From positions 20,362 to 84,361 of IMG/VR virus record IMGVR_UViG_3300025519_000052: DNA of 64,000 bases. One strand, written 5' to 3'. Position 1 is the first letter of the stretch, and each line of letters opens with the position of its first letter. Position numbers and translations under genes: made by a program. Under the pieces are notes generated by a model. The model was not told the origin of the DNA and ran no database searches. It saw only the letters and a list, made by a program, of their open reading frames with translations. This document shows, one piece after another, positions 28,594-40,442 of the stretch. Source of the DNA: a virus (taxonomy: Duplodnaviria; Caudoviricetes).

Positions 28594-30164
28594 TGCAAAA
28601 TACAAATATTCTTAATCCACCTCGCGCTATATATTCAGTGATTGGAAACTTGTGCAAAAATCCACAAGTTCTTAGAGATCCTGAAATATTTCTTACGGAA
28701 AAGGATTTTGCTCAGGAATTTCATAAAATAATATTTTCAGCGATCTACAATCTTGCTTATGAAAATGCAGAGACTACTAGAATAAATGAAATTGATATTG
28801 ATAACTATTTATCTGCTTACCCTAAGTTATATAAAATTTGGGAAAAACATGATGGATTAACTTATATTCGAGATTCCATTGAACATGCAAATGCAGATAC
28901 TTTTAAACAAAATTACGAGAGATTAAAGAAATTTGCTTTACTTCGTCACTATGTTGAAAATGGGGTTGACATTTCAGACCTTTATAACTATCAATCTCTT
29001 GATTTAAAAGAGCAAGACAAAGGCATGAAAACAATTGACAAAATGACAGTGCAGCAAATTATCGAGCATTATACATTAAAAATAATAAAAATTCGCGATG
29101 AATTTAATGTTGGTCAAGAATCAAAAAACTTTAAGGCTGGTGATGATTTAGATACACTGCTTGAAGATTTGAATAAAGAACCAGAATTTGGTTATCCATT
29201 TCAAAATGGTTATTACAATGCTATTTTTCGTGGAATGAGAAAAGGAAAGTTTATGCTTCGTTCTGCTGGTACTGGTACTGGTAAAACAAGACAAGCATTG
29301 GCCGACATTTGCAATGTTGCTTGTGATACTATTTTCGATTATGAAAAAGGATGGAAACCAAATGGTCCTTCTCATCCTGCCCTATTCATATCAACAGAAT
29401 TAGAAAAACGTGAAGTTCAAACTATTATGTTAGCTTTTATTTCTGGTGTAAATGAACAAGTTATTAAAGATGGTAAATATGCAGAGCCTGTTAGAAAACG
29501 ATTAGAAAAAGCAATTCAAATTTTAAAAAGAGCACCAATTTATTGTGTATATGTTGATGATTTTTCAATTGCAGATATTGAAATGATTATTGAAAGACAT
29601 ATCATTGAGCACAATGTTCAATTTGTGGCATTTGACTATATTCAAATGACTCCAAAACTTTCTCGAACAATGCAAAGTGTTTTTGGAAGTAACCTTCGTG
29701 AAGATCAAATTTTAGTTCAATTTTCAGCAGCATTAAAGACTTTGTCAAATAAATATAATATTTTTATCGAATCGTCAACTCAATTGAACAGAAATGCAAA
29801 AGAAAATGAAAATCGTGATACAACGTCTCTTCGTGGTGGTAGTGCTACAGCTGATAAAGTTGATCATGGCTTAATGACATTCAAAGCAACTGGTAAAGAT
29901 CATCATAACTTGAAGCATATTTTGGAACAAGGATTCTTTGAAAAACCAAATTACTCTCATTGGATTTATAAAAACCGTTCAGGAAGAAACAATTGTATTA
30001 TTTGGACGTCAATGGATTTAGGAACAATGAGAGAGACACCTTTATTTGTTACTGATTATGACTTCAACCTTATTAATGATATAGATCAAATTGTAATTGA
30101 TTTTTCTTTGGAAAATGATATTCCGGGCCAAAATGGAGATGTGCCTTCTGATTTTATTTTTTAA
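28590..30164 (+). CDS. DnaB-like replicative helicase (YorI-like)
   Basis: SAGTGTGKTR, FISTEL, FDYIQ, STQLNR, LRGG...ADKVD, KNRSG. Confidence 0.93.
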   Translation: MMQNTNILNPPRAIYSVIGNLCKNPQVLRDPEIFLTEKDFAQEFHKIIFSAIYNLAYENAETTRINEIDIDNYLSAYPKLYKIWEKHDGLTYIRDSIEHANADTFKQNYERLKKFALLRHYVENGVDISDLYNYQSLDLKEQDKGMKTIDKMTVQQIIEHYTLKIIKIRDEFNVGQESKNFKAGDDLDTLLEDLNKEPEFGYPFQNGYYNAIFRGMRKGKFMLRSAGTGTGKTRQALADICNVACDTIFDYEKGWKPNGPSHPALFISTELEKREVQTIMLAFISGVNEQVIKDGKYAEPVRKRLEKAIQILKRAPIYCVYVDDFSIADIEMIIERHIIEHNVQFVAFDYIQMTPKLSRTMQSVFGSNLREDQILVQFSAALKTLSNKYNIFIESSTQLNRNAKENENRDTTSLRGGSATADKVDHGLMTFKATGKDHHNLKHILEQGFFEKPNYSHWIYKNRSGRNNCIIWTSMDLGTMRETPLFVTDYDFNLINDIDQIVIDFSLENDIPGQNGDVPSDFIF

Positions 30165-30236
30165 TGATGAGGATTTTCCTCGTCCTTTTTACATACCTGA
30201 TTGACCAGATATAATAATAAAAAATAAATTTAGAAG

Positions 30237-31286
30237 GTGAAAAGGTTGAGGGCTAACGATGTAAAGGAAATGCTTAGTGAAAATGACCTCATTAGTCTTT
30301 TGGAAGACCTTGGAGCCGAACCTCAAATTCGTGGGAATAATATTGTCTCAAAAACTATTTGTCACGGTGGACATAAACATAAATTAGTTTATTATTCAGA
30401 TTCTAAGGCTTTTAAATGCTTCACCGATTCATGTGGACTGATGGACATATTTGAATTAGTTGGAAAAGTATTAAACTTGGACTTTTTCAATTCTTTTAAA
30501 TATGTTTGTATGAAGTTTGGCATTTCATATCAGGGAGAAGTACAAGACAATGATCGAATTGATACTTTATTTTTTAAGAAATTCAAAAAACAAAAGAAAA
30601 TAATTTCTTTAAATAAACTTCCAAAGAATATCCTTAATACTTATTATGACCTCTATCATAGAGCTTGGATTAATGATGGAATAAGCATTAATTCTATGAA
30701 AAAATTTGGTATTAGGTTTTCTATTATGGATAATCAAATCATTATTCCCCATTTTGATATTGATGGAAATTTAATTGGAGTTCGTGCTAGGAATTTAAAT
30801 GAAAATCTTATTGAAGATGGTAAAAAATATATGCCTGTCTACTATAAAAATAAGGTTTTGAAACATCCAACAGGTGCGGCACTTTATGGACTTAATTTGA
30901 CAAAGAGACATGTTGAAAAATACAAAACAATTATTCTATTTGAATCTGAAAAATCAGTACTTCAGTTAGATACTATGTTTCCTGATATGTCGATTGGAGC
31001 TTCTATTTCTGGGAGCAGCTTAACAGCTTATCAATTAGAAATTCTAAAAGGATTAGATATTGATGAAGTCGTAATTGCCCTCGATAAAGAATTTGAAGAA
31101 ATTGGAAGCGATGAGGAAAGATTCTATAAGGATAAGATTAATCGAGTATTTTTAGATAAATTAATGCCCTATTTCCGTTGCAGTGTAATTTGGGATTTTG
31201 ATAATCTACTAAAATTTAAAGACAGCCCAACAGATAAAGGAAAAGAAACATTTGAAAAATTATTTGAGAGAAGAATCATAGTTTGA
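30237..31286 (+). CDS. DNA primase (YorJ-like)
   Basis: Zn-finger ICH...CFTDSCG, IIIPH, GVRAR, LFESEKSV, ALDKE. Confidence 0.9.
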   Translation: MKRLRANDVKEMLSENDLISLLEDLGAEPQIRGNNIVSKTICHGGHKHKLVYYSDSKAFKCFTDSCGLMDIFELVGKVLNLDFFNSFKYVCMKFGISYQGEVQDNDRIDTLFFKKFKKQKKIISLNKLPKNILNTYYDLYHRAWINDGISINSMKKFGIRFSIMDNQIIIPHFDIDGNLIGVRARNLNENLIEDGKKYMPVYYKNKVLKHPTGAALYGLNLTKRHVEKYKTIILFESEKSVLQLDTMFPDMSIGASISGSSLTAYQLEILKGLDIDEVVIALDKEFEEIGSDEERFYKDKINRVFLDKLMPYFRCSVIWDFDNLLKFKDSPTDKGKETFEKLFERRIIV

Positions 31287-31391
31287 TTCTTCTTTTTTAT
31301 TTGCTTTGGTTCCTTGGTTTTCTCTTTTACGTTTTGTTTTATCAAGATATAAATATTAAGAAGTTATAAATATTAGGAGGAAAACTCAACT

Positions 31392-33134
31392 ATGAAAATA
31401 AAACAAATTGGTAATTACAACGGAGATATAATAAAAACAATTCTTGAAAATAGAAATATAGAAGACGTTGAATTGTTTTTGCACCCTAAAAAACAAAATG
31501 AATTAAACAGCTTTAATTTATACAATATGCGGCAAGGGGCTGAAGTGTTGCTTGCTCATTTATTAGTCAATAACAATGGTGCCATACTCGTTGACCCAGA
31601 TGCTGATGGTTTTTCATCATCTTCAATAATCTATCAATATATTAAAAAAATCAAGCCTGATGCGAAACTTAATTATTTGCTTCATGATACTAAAGCTCAT
31701 GGATTAACTGATAAAATTATTGATAAGATAGTTAATTCTCCCGAGCCATTCGATTATATTATTATTCCTGATGCTGCTTCGAATGATGAAAAAGCAATTT
31801 CTAAGCTTTATTACATGGGAATAGATGTTATTGTTATTGATCACCACGAAGTTGAAAATATTCCAAAACAAGGAATTATTATTAATAACCAATTAGATTC
31901 TAATATAGAAACAAATAAAAATCTTGTTGGTGCAGGAATGGCTTATAAATTTTGTCAAGCTCTTGATCATATTTTGAATACCAATTTTGCTGATGATTTT
32001 CTTGAATTGGTTGCAATTGGTCAGGTTGGAGATTCATCAGACATTAGTGAAAATGAAGTTCGTTACCTTGTTTTTCAAGGAATTAAAAATATAAATAATC
32101 CATTTATTCAAGTTGTTCTTGCAGATAAATTAAAGAATCAAGAAAATGTTGCACCAAAAGATTTATCTTTCTCTATTATTCCACTAATTAATGCTGTTGT
32201 TCGTGTTGGGACCGATGAAGAGAAAGATTACTTATTTAGGGCACTAAACTCAATTAATGCTGATGATACTTTTGTTGTCACTAAAAAGAAAAAGAATAAA
32301 CAAACAGGAAAATTTGATTCTTTTGAAGTAGAACAAAGCTTTTATGAATATGTATATGATATTTGTAAAAGAGTTAAATCAAGACAAGATAATCTGGTAA
32401 AAAAAACAATGGCTGAATTGTTGACCAACATCGATAATTCAGGTGGTATTGTTATTGGTGTGCTTCAAAATTCAGATCAAGGTTCAATTACTGGATTGGT
32501 TGCAAATAAATTAGTTTCTAAGTTCCAAAAACCAGTTATTCTTGTTCACCATGTTCCAGGAAAATATGTTGGTTCTGGCCGTGGTTATGTAAAAGTTCTT
32601 CCCTCTTTAAAAGATTGGTGCAATGAAACTAAATTAGTTGAATTTGCCCAAGGACATGCTAATGCTTTTGGAATTTCTATCTTTGAAGAAAATTTTGAAG
32701 CCTTCAAAGAGAAAGCTAAAAAAGTTGAAAAACAAGAATTTGTTTATGAAGTTGATTTACTCCTTGAAGGCAAGGTTGATAAAAAACCAATTCTTGATGT
32801 TGAGGAGCATAAATATTTATTTGGCGGACGGGTTCATGATCCACTCTTTGCCTTTACTGGAATTAAAGTTCGTAAAGAATGGATTAAACAAAGAGGACAA
32901 ACACTTACATTCTTCGACTCTGGAGTAGAATTTGTTTTCTATCATGCACCAGAGGGATTATTTGAAAGTCTCACTCACAACTTTGACCAATTCATAACAA
33001 TGGATTTTGTAGGAAAACCATCAGTGAATAGATATGGAAACAAAATAACGCCACAAATAATTCTTGAAGATTGTGAAAGAAATGAACAAAAAACAGAAGA
33101 AAAAGAAATAACAATTGCTGATTTGGTATTCTAA
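31392..33134 (+). CDS. recJ: RecJ-like ssDNA exonuclease (YorK-like)
   Basis: DPDADG, IPDA, IDHH, GSGRG, GHANAFG. Confidence 0.93.
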   Translation: MKIKQIGNYNGDIIKTILENRNIEDVELFLHPKKQNELNSFNLYNMRQGAEVLLAHLLVNNNGAILVDPDADGFSSSSIIYQYIKKIKPDAKLNYLLHDTKAHGLTDKIIDKIVNSPEPFDYIIIPDAASNDEKAISKLYYMGIDVIVIDHHEVENIPKQGIIINNQLDSNIETNKNLVGAGMAYKFCQALDHILNTNFADDFLELVAIGQVGDSSDISENEVRYLVFQGIKNINNPFIQVVLADKLKNQENVAPKDLSFSIIPLINAVVRVGTDEEKDYLFRALNSINADDTFVVTKKKKNKQTGKFDSFEVEQSFYEYVYDICKRVKSRQDNLVKKTMAELLTNIDNSGGIVIGVLQNSDQGSITGLVANKLVSKFQKPVILVHHVPGKYVGSGRGYVKVLPSLKDWCNETKLVEFAQGHANAFGISIFEENFEAFKEKAKKVEKQEFVYEVDLLLEGKVDKKPILDVEEHKYLFGGRVHDPLFAFTGIKVRKEWIKQRGQTLTFFDSGVEFVFYHAPEGLFESLTHNFDQFITMDFVGKPSVNRYGNKITPQIILEDCERNEQKTEEKEITIADLVF

Positions 33135-33180
33135 TTATAACTTTTATACTGGTTATAACAGCTTATAACTGTTATAACCT

Positions 33181-33774
33181 TTATTTTTTCCAAAACTTCC
33201 ACCGGCGTTTTTTCTGAGTTACTGTCATCATTTGTTTAACTTCTTGTATTGTTCTTAGAGATTCCATTAGCATTTTGTCTCTTTCAGAAATCTTATTTTC
33301 TATTAATCTTTGTGAATTTTTATTTTCTTCTTTTAATTCAATTAATTCTTTTTGCTGATTTTTTAAAATGTTATGCTGCAGAATCATCATTTTTTTCATT
33401 TCTTCTATTTGCTTTGCCATAGCCGTTATAACTTCTATATTTGGCATAGAAGTTGTATCTTGCTTAAATTCCGGCTCTTGATACACGGTTATAGTAGTTG
33501 TGGAAGCGATCACTTGCTTAATTGCATCTTCAACTTTTATGCCTGGCTGATTCTTCAATTGAATTATTTTTCTAAACATTTCTATATCCATCTGGCTGAA
33601 AGAAAGTCTTCCTTGGTTAGTTCTTTTAAAACGATAACCCTTTTCTTCAATTGCTAAATAGTACTTTTTAATTGTTGCAGGTCTAACGCCCAAAATAGAA
33701 GCAACTTCATCTACTCCAACAAATATATCCATTTTTTTCCTCCATAGTTGAGTTATATCTTTTATAACTATCAT
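33181..33774 (-). CDS. MerR-like HTH + coiled coil (DUF3967-type plasmid protein)
   Basis: EVASILGVRPATIKKY...GYRFKR, KISERDKMLMESLR, RRWKFWKK tail. Confidence 0.75.
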   Translation of the reverse strand: MIVIKDITQLWRKKMDIFVGVDEVASILGVRPATIKKYYLAIEEKGYRFKRTNQGRLSFSQMDIEMFRKIIQLKNQPGIKVEDAIKQVIASTTTITVYQEPEFKQDTTSMPNIEVITAMAKQIEEMKKMMILQHNILKNQQKELIELKEENKNSQRLIENKISERDKMLMESLRTIQEVKQMMTVTQKKRRWKFWKK

Positions 33775-33918
33775 AACTATTATATCTTAGTTTTTTCATA
33801 CTTTCTATTATTTTCTTTAGACAAAAGTCGTCATCTTTTTTATTTTTATTCAATTTACGTTTCCTTTCATCAAGATATAAAAAATATGTAAATTAAATGA
33901 TTCGGAGGAAAAAACAAA

Positions 33919-34356
33919 ATGACTAGAGAATGCTCAACTACTGAACCAAAAATCATTATTTTAGAAGGTGTTGATCGTGTTGGTAAAAGTACTTTGAAAG
34001 ACACAATTCATAAGTTAACCAATTTCAAACATTTCTTAATTGATCGAGGACCAATTTCATACATGGCGTACTGTGAAATTTTTAATAGGCCTATAGATTT
34101 GTATTTAAAATATTCAGACATGGAAAAAAGGCTTGCTAAAATGCCAAATGTTTTGGTGTTTTATTTAACTGCAAATAATGAAACTCTTGTTGATCGTTGT
34201 ATTGCAGATAATCATGAAATTATTGACTTTGATTTTCATAAGCAAGTTTTTGAAAGAATTATAAAAACTTCTCCACTAAAATCGATTACTATCGATACTT
34301 CAAATAATTCTTCTGAAAGCATTGTTACAGATTTAATTAAAGAAGGTGTTTTGTAA
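33919..34356 (+). CDS. Deoxynucleoside monophosphate kinase (thymidylate-kinase fold, YorR-like)
   Basis: ILEGVDRVGKST, IDRGPIS. Confidence 0.85.
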   Translation: MTRECSTTEPKIIILEGVDRVGKSTLKDTIHKLTNFKHFLIDRGPISYMAYCEIFNRPIDLYLKYSDMEKRLAKMPNVLVFYLTANNETLVDRCIADNHEIIDFDFHKQVFERIIKTSPLKSITIDTSNNSSESIVTDLIKEGVL

Positions 34357-34357
34357 T

Positions 34358-34810
34358 ATGAATAAAATTATAATTTATACCGATGGAGGCACTCGTGGGA
34401 ACGGTAAAGAGTGCAATGTCGGTGGTTTTGGAGCCGTTCTTCAATATGGTAACCATACTAAAGAAATCTATCAAGGCTTTAGAAATACAACAAACAATCA
34501 AATGGAATTAAAAGCTGCAATTGAAGCCTTAAAACAAATAAAGAAGTTTAATATTCCTGTTTATGTTTATTCAGACTCTGCTTATCTTGTTAATTGCATG
34601 AATCAGAAATGGTATAAAAAATGGATGAACAATGGCTGGATAACCTCTAGTAAGAAGACTGTAGAAAATCGTGAGCTCTGGATTGAATTAATTGAATTGG
34701 TTCAAAAATTTACGTTTATAACTTTTATAAAGGTTAAAGGCCATAATGGTAATCCATTAAATGAACGCGCTGATCAATTAGCAAATCTTGCTATGGATTC
34801 AGTATCTTAA
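34358..34810 (+). CDS. rnhA: Ribonuclease HI
   Basis: YTDGG, TNNQMEL, SDSAY, VKGH, NERADQLA. Confidence 0.95.
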   Translation: MNKIIIYTDGGTRGNGKECNVGGFGAVLQYGNHTKEIYQGFRNTTNNQMELKAAIEALKQIKKFNIPVYVYSDSAYLVNCMNQKWYKKWMNNGWITSSKKTVENRELWIELIELVQKFTFITFIKVKGHNGNPLNERADQLANLAMDSVS

Positions 34811-34824
34811 TGGAGGAAATTAGT

Positions 34825-35244
34825 ATGAAAAAAATACTTTCATGGGATGAATACTTTATGGAGCTTGCTCGTGTATCTGCCATGAGAAGTAAAGATCCTC
34901 ATACACAAGTTGGAGCTTGTATTATTGATTCTGAAAAGCATGTTGTTGGTTTAGGATATAACGGCCAGCCCAAAGGGCTTGACAATAAGTTTTCCTGGGA
35001 TAAAAATGAAAAACATTATTATGTTGTCCATGCCGAATTAAATGCCATTTTAAACAGTATTAAAAATTTAGATGGTTGCACTATTTATTGTACTCTCTTT
35101 CCATGTGCAGAATGTGCTAAAGCAATTGCTCAATCTGGAATTATTAAAGTAATTTATCTTTCTGATAAAGATAAAGACAAGGAATACAATAAAGCAGCTA
35201 AAAAAATATTTACAGAATGCGGAATTGAATATGAGCAAATGTAA
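34825..35244 (+). CDS. dCMP deaminase
   Basis: SKDPHTQVGACI, GYNG, HAELNAI, PCAECAK. Confidence 0.93.
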   Translation: MKKILSWDEYFMELARVSAMRSKDPHTQVGACIIDSEKHVVGLGYNGQPKGLDNKFSWDKNEKHYYVVHAELNAILNSIKNLDGCTIYCTLFPCAECAKAIAQSGIIKVIYLSDKDKDKEYNKAAKKIFTECGIEYEQM

Positions 35245-35339
35245 TAGTCAAACCAATAAAAATTGATTTGATTTTTTATTTATGCTTCTAAATGAAGAGA
35301 TATAAATAATTTGTAATAAATAAGGAGGTTATAACAATT

Positions 35340-35888
35340 ATGATTGATATAGCTGAGAAAATCAAAGCCCTTGGTGATGAACAAATTTTATGTCTTGGTG
35401 AAATTGTTCGTTACAATAATCATCCAAAAGTCCATCGTGAAACTGTTGCGGAGCATTCTTTCTATGTAGTTACAACGGTTATAAAAATATGTAAGATGTT
35501 CGATCTTCCAGATGAAGTTGAATATAAAGCCCTGAAATTTGCAACTGTTCATGATATTCCTGAAATGCTTACAGGTGATGTTCCTTTCGATACGAAAGTT
35601 GCAAATCCATTATTGGAAGATGTACTGGAACAATATGAATTGTGTCAACTAAAAGAAAATATACCGGAGTTTTTGGATTTATATAAAGAATTTTGTGATG
35701 CAGCAAAAGAAGAAACAATTCCCTTCCTAGTAACAGATTTAGCTGATAAAGCTTCTGTGTTGCAATACTCCAATTATGAAATTAAATTAGGAAACCGTAC
35801 CAAACAAATGCTTGATATTAATGAAAAATCGCAAAAGCGTGTTGCTGCTTTAATTGAAAAATTGGAATCAAAAATTAAAAGAAATTAA
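35340..35888 (+). CDS. HD-domain 5'-deoxynucleotidase (YfbR-like)
   Basis: ETVAEHSF, HDIPEMLTGD, DLADK. Confidence 0.88.
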   Translation: MIDIAEKIKALGDEQILCLGEIVRYNNHPKVHRETVAEHSFYVVTTVIKICKMFDLPDEVEYKALKFATVHDIPEMLTGDVPFDTKVANPLLEDVLEQYELCQLKENIPEFLDLYKEFCDAAKEETIPFLVTDLADKASVLQYSNYEIKLGNRTKQMLDINEKSQKRVAALIEKLESKIKRN

Positions 35889-36090
35889 TGGTGCTTTCGG
35901 CAATTTGTTTTTGTCTAAGATTAATTTCAATATAACCGTTATAACTGAAAATCTTTAATTAATTTTTTACATCATTTTTTAAATGTATTCAATTATTTTT
36001 TAAATATTTTTTTTGCATAATAACTTACATTTTCAGTTTACCAGATATAAAGGTTATGTGAAATGAATAAAAAGAGAGGTTATAAAAGTT

Positions 36091-39000
36091 ATGACAAAGC
36101 TTGGCTATTATGGGAATCATAACCACACAGATGCGAGCAATTTTCGTTTGCGCGACGCAATCAATAAGCCTGAAGAACTTCTTGAATATGCTTTAAAGAT
36201 TGGATTATCTGGAATTTCAATTACAGATCATGAAACATTAGCTTCACATGTAAAAGCTTATAAATATCTTCAAGCAAATAAAGAGAGATTTGGAGATTTT
36301 AAGCTCGGTTTTGGTGATGAAATTTATCTAGTAGATAAAGAAGACATTTTAAATAAGAAAAAACAAAATGAAAAGATTAATTTCTATCACTTTATTTTGG
36401 TCGCTAAGAATCAACATGGATATGAAGGACTTAAAAAGATTTCCTCAAAAGCTTGGCATAATTCATTTTTCTACCGTGGAATGGAAAGAGTACCAACCTA
36501 TAAAGATGAATTGATGACAATCATGGAAGAATATCGTGGAGATATTCTTGCTACAACTGCTTGTATTGGTGGAGAATTACCACAATTATTAATCAAATAT
36601 CATGATGAACCAACCCGGGAAAACAAGTTGAAAGTTCATAATTTTATTGTTTGGCTTAAGGGTGTTTTTGGTGATGATATTTATTTTGAGTTGCAGCCAT
36701 CTCATAATAGAGACCAAGTTGTTGCCAATGAAATGTTATATAAAGTAGGTAAGGCATACGGAGTTAAGTGTATTGTTGCAACCGATGCTCATTATTTAAA
36801 TCCTTCATTTGCAAAAACTCATGAAATTTATTTAAAAGCTTCAGAAGGAGAGCGCGAAGTCGCTGAATTCTATGCTACTACTTATTTAATGTCTCATGAT
36901 GAATTACTTGAATTTTTTAATCCAACTCTTTTAGAAGAACTTGAACAAAATACTCTTGAGATTCGCGAGAAAATCGGTGAGATTACTTTTGAGCAGGAAA
37001 TTAAAGTTCCAAGAGCGCATATTCCTAAATTTGAATTAAATCCATTATTCCAACCATTTTATGATAAATATGAATACATTAAGAAATATTCTGAAAGCAG
37101 TTATGATGTTGATCGTTACTATCTTCATTTGATTGCTGAAGGCATGATTGCAAAGAATCAGGAATTGAATGATACAAACTTAAGTCGCATTAATCTTGAA
37201 TTAAATGAATTATATCATATCAGCGAAAATCTCGGACAACCAATGTCATCTTATTTTGTTCTTACAAAAGATATTGTTGATTTAATGTGGGAAGTTTCAT
37301 TAGTTGGAGTTTCTCGTGGCTCTGCAAGCTGTTTTTATTTAAATTATTTATTGGACATTGTTCAAATTAATCCATTGAAATATAACTTACCTCACTGGCG
37401 ATTTATTTCAAAGGAACGCCCGACTTTACCAGATATTGATATTGATACAGAAGGTTCAAAACGGCATGAAATTATTCATATTGCAAAAGAGCATTACGGA
37501 GAAGAAAATGTTTTAAACATGGGAACTTTCACAACTGAAGGTACTCGTTCAGCCGTTTTAACTGCTTGCCGCGGATTAGGAATTGATAATGATATTTCTC
37601 AAAATATCGCTAATCTTGTTCCAACTGAAAAAGGTAATAAACTTTGGTCATTAAGTGAATGTTTCTATGGTGATGAAGCAAAAGGTAAAAAACCAGCAAG
37701 AGAATTTGTTAACGAAGTTGCTAAATTTAAAGGATTAAAAGAAGCAATGCTATCAATTGAAGGATTGATTTCTGGACGCAGTCAACATGCTTCTGGAGTT
37801 ATTATCTTCCCAGATGGCTATATCAAGCAAAATGCAATGATGAAAACTACATCTGGCTTGCCAGTAACTCAATTTGATGCTGTAGATACTGAATATATGG
37901 GCGGTTTAAAATTAGACTTCTTATCAATTAACGCTTTGGACAGAATCAGAGCTTGTATGGAACTTCTTCTTGAGCATGGAAAAATTGAATGGCAAGGTTC
38001 ATTAAGAAAAACTTACAATAAATATTTTCATCCTGATGTACTTGAAATGGAAGCACCGGAAATGTGGGATATGTTGTTTGAAGGTCATGTTTTAAATGCT
38101 TTCCAATTTGAAACTGATGTTGGACAACAAGCATTAAGAAAAATTAATCCCCGTTCATTTGATGAATTATGTGCTAGTAACTCATTAATGAGATTAAGTG
38201 CTTCAGATGGTGAGCAACCAATTGATAAATATGTTCGATTTAAGAATGATATTAGCTTGTGGTACAAAGAAATGGATGAAGCTGGTTTAACTAAAGAAGA
38301 ACAAAAAGTATTAGAAGATTTACTTCTTGATCGATATGGAATCTGTGATACACAAGAATTTCTTATGCAGATTGCCATGAGTCCAAAAATTTCAGGTTTT
38401 ACCTTAACACAAGCAAATAAATTTCGTAAGGCTGTTGCTAAGCAAAACGAACAATTAATTGAAGAACAAAAACAAATATTCTATTCTCAAGGTGAAAAAA
38501 TCGGTACTCGAAAAGAATTTCTTGATTATGTTTGGAATAAAGAATTAAAACCTCAATTTGGGTGAACATGCACGCCCAAGTAAAACTCGGTGAACCAAGG
38601 CCATGGGTGTCATATGTAAATATATCCCAGTTCTCTATATAATATTTACATATGGCTAACGGGGAAACCTGTAAGATGGCAATCCCGTGCCAAGCCAATG
38701 AATTTTTCATTGGAAGGTGTAGAGACTATTATGTAGGACAACTATTGGCACGTTGTTCGAAGCGCCGAGCAATAATGTGTTATTATTTCTTTAAGAAAGA
38801 TAAATTAAAATGAGTCAACACATTATTGAAGATATAGTCCACTCCGTATGGAAACATACGGGATAAGTGATGCATTTTCACTTCCGCACATCTCGGGGTA
38901 TTCATTAATCTTGATGATTGAGATGAATATTTGTTATCGATTTGGTCCAGTTTGGTGGAAGACAGCTTGTTTATCTGTTAATGCAGGATTAATTGGTGAA

Positions 39001-40203
39001 ACTGAGAAAAATACAAAATATGGTGCGGTTGCTAAAGCTGTTGGAGATATGCATGGTGATGTTTTGAATCCTGATATTAACCTTTCTAATGTAGGATTTA
39101 CTCCATTGGAAAAGGAAAACAAGATTCTATTTGGTTTAAAACCTATTGTTGGCTTAGGATCCAATGACATTGCAGCAATTATTGAAAATCGACCATTTAA
39201 AGACTTCAAAGACTTTTTTGTTAGAATGATTAAAACCAAAATTCTTTCTGAAGCAAAAGGCATAACATTAATTAAAGCTGGATGCTTTGACAAAATGAAT
39301 CCAAACAGAAGAGAACTGATGATTGCTTATGTTCGAGCAATTACACCTAAAAAAGAAAAACTTACAATGACACAACTACCTTCTATTATTCAGTTTATAG
39401 ATAAAAATAAATATTCAAAAGAGCTTGCAGCTTATAAACTTAGGAACAAATTATTTGGAAGAAATAAAGTTCCAATGACTAAAGAACTTGAACATGAATT
39501 TATGTTATTCTTGAAAGCTTACCCTTTTGAAGTTGAATACGATTTTCAAGATGGACAATTGGTTGTTGATCAAAAATCATTCGATAAAGCCTATAAACAA
39601 ATTATTAAACCATTGAAAGAATGGGTTACTTCTCCAGAAGCAGCTCAACTGTATAACAAAATTAAAATGCAAGAATTCTGGAAAAAGAATTGTATGGGCA
39701 CAATTGAAGCATGGGAAATGGACACTCTATTGTTCTATTCTGACAAACATGAGATTGATTATATGCCTTTAAGCAAGTATTTCAATATATCAAGCTTTAA
39801 CAAGCTTCCTCGAGAGCCAGTTATAACTGGTTATAAAAGTTATAGAGGTAGACAAATTCCTCAATATAAGATTGATATAATTGCTGGTACGGTTGTTGAT
39901 AAGAATAAAAACAAATCTCTTGTTTATGTATTAACGCAGGACAGTGGCGTTGTTACTGTTCGGTATTCTAAGAGCCAATTCGCCCATTATGATAAAAAAG
40001 TGGTTCGTGTAAATGGGAAAAATAAAGAAATACTGGACCCAAGTTGGTTTGATCGTGGCACCAAACTTATTCTTATAGGATTTAGAAGGCAAGATGAGTT
40101 CGTATTAAGAACAACAGGCAGTATATTCAACCATACAACTATTAAAATATTGGGGTATAACAGTCATAATGTATACTTTCAACAAGAAAAAGCCGAGGCT
40201 TAA
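36091..40203 (+). CDS. dnaE: DNA polymerase III alpha (DnaE/YorL-like), spliced: join(36091..38563,38870..40203), 1268 aa
   Basis: PHP motifs HNH/TDH/TDAHY, SRGS, PDIDID; removing 38564-38869 restores the conserved PQFGYAFSLPH. Confidence 0.95.
38564..38869 (+). mobile_element. Group I intron, 306 nt, no homing endonuclease ORF
   Basis: The 5' exon ends in U paired to G in P1 (TTGGGT/GCCCAA); core motifs GCTAACGGGGAA, AATCCCGTGCCAAG, GTAGAGACT, GATATAGTCC; P9 CCGTATG-GAAA-CATACGG; terminal G at 38869. Confidence 0.93.
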
Positions 40204-40442
40204 TTGCTTCGGTTTCTTTTTTTACCTTTTTCAATTTACATATTCATTATAAAAGATATAACAATTATGAAGCTACTAGTTACGGAGATTATAACAAAAT
40301 CCATCAATAATATATTCAATAAAAATATCAATAATTATTTATTGCAAATAAAAATTTATTGAAAATCTTATTTACGTTTTTATTTAATCAGATATAAATA
40401 ATATGCAAGAAACAAAACTTAAAAGAAAGGAACTTAATTACT

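Noticed and set aside
35340-35888. Z-genome (2-aminoadenine) pathway suggested by the HD hydrolase
   Set aside because: No PurZ/PurA-like gene in the window; a YfbR-like role is the simpler explanation.
38848-40203. Separate 451-aa ORF (METYGISDAF...)
   Set aside because: It is exon 2 of dnaE; its first codons lie in the intron P9 stem.
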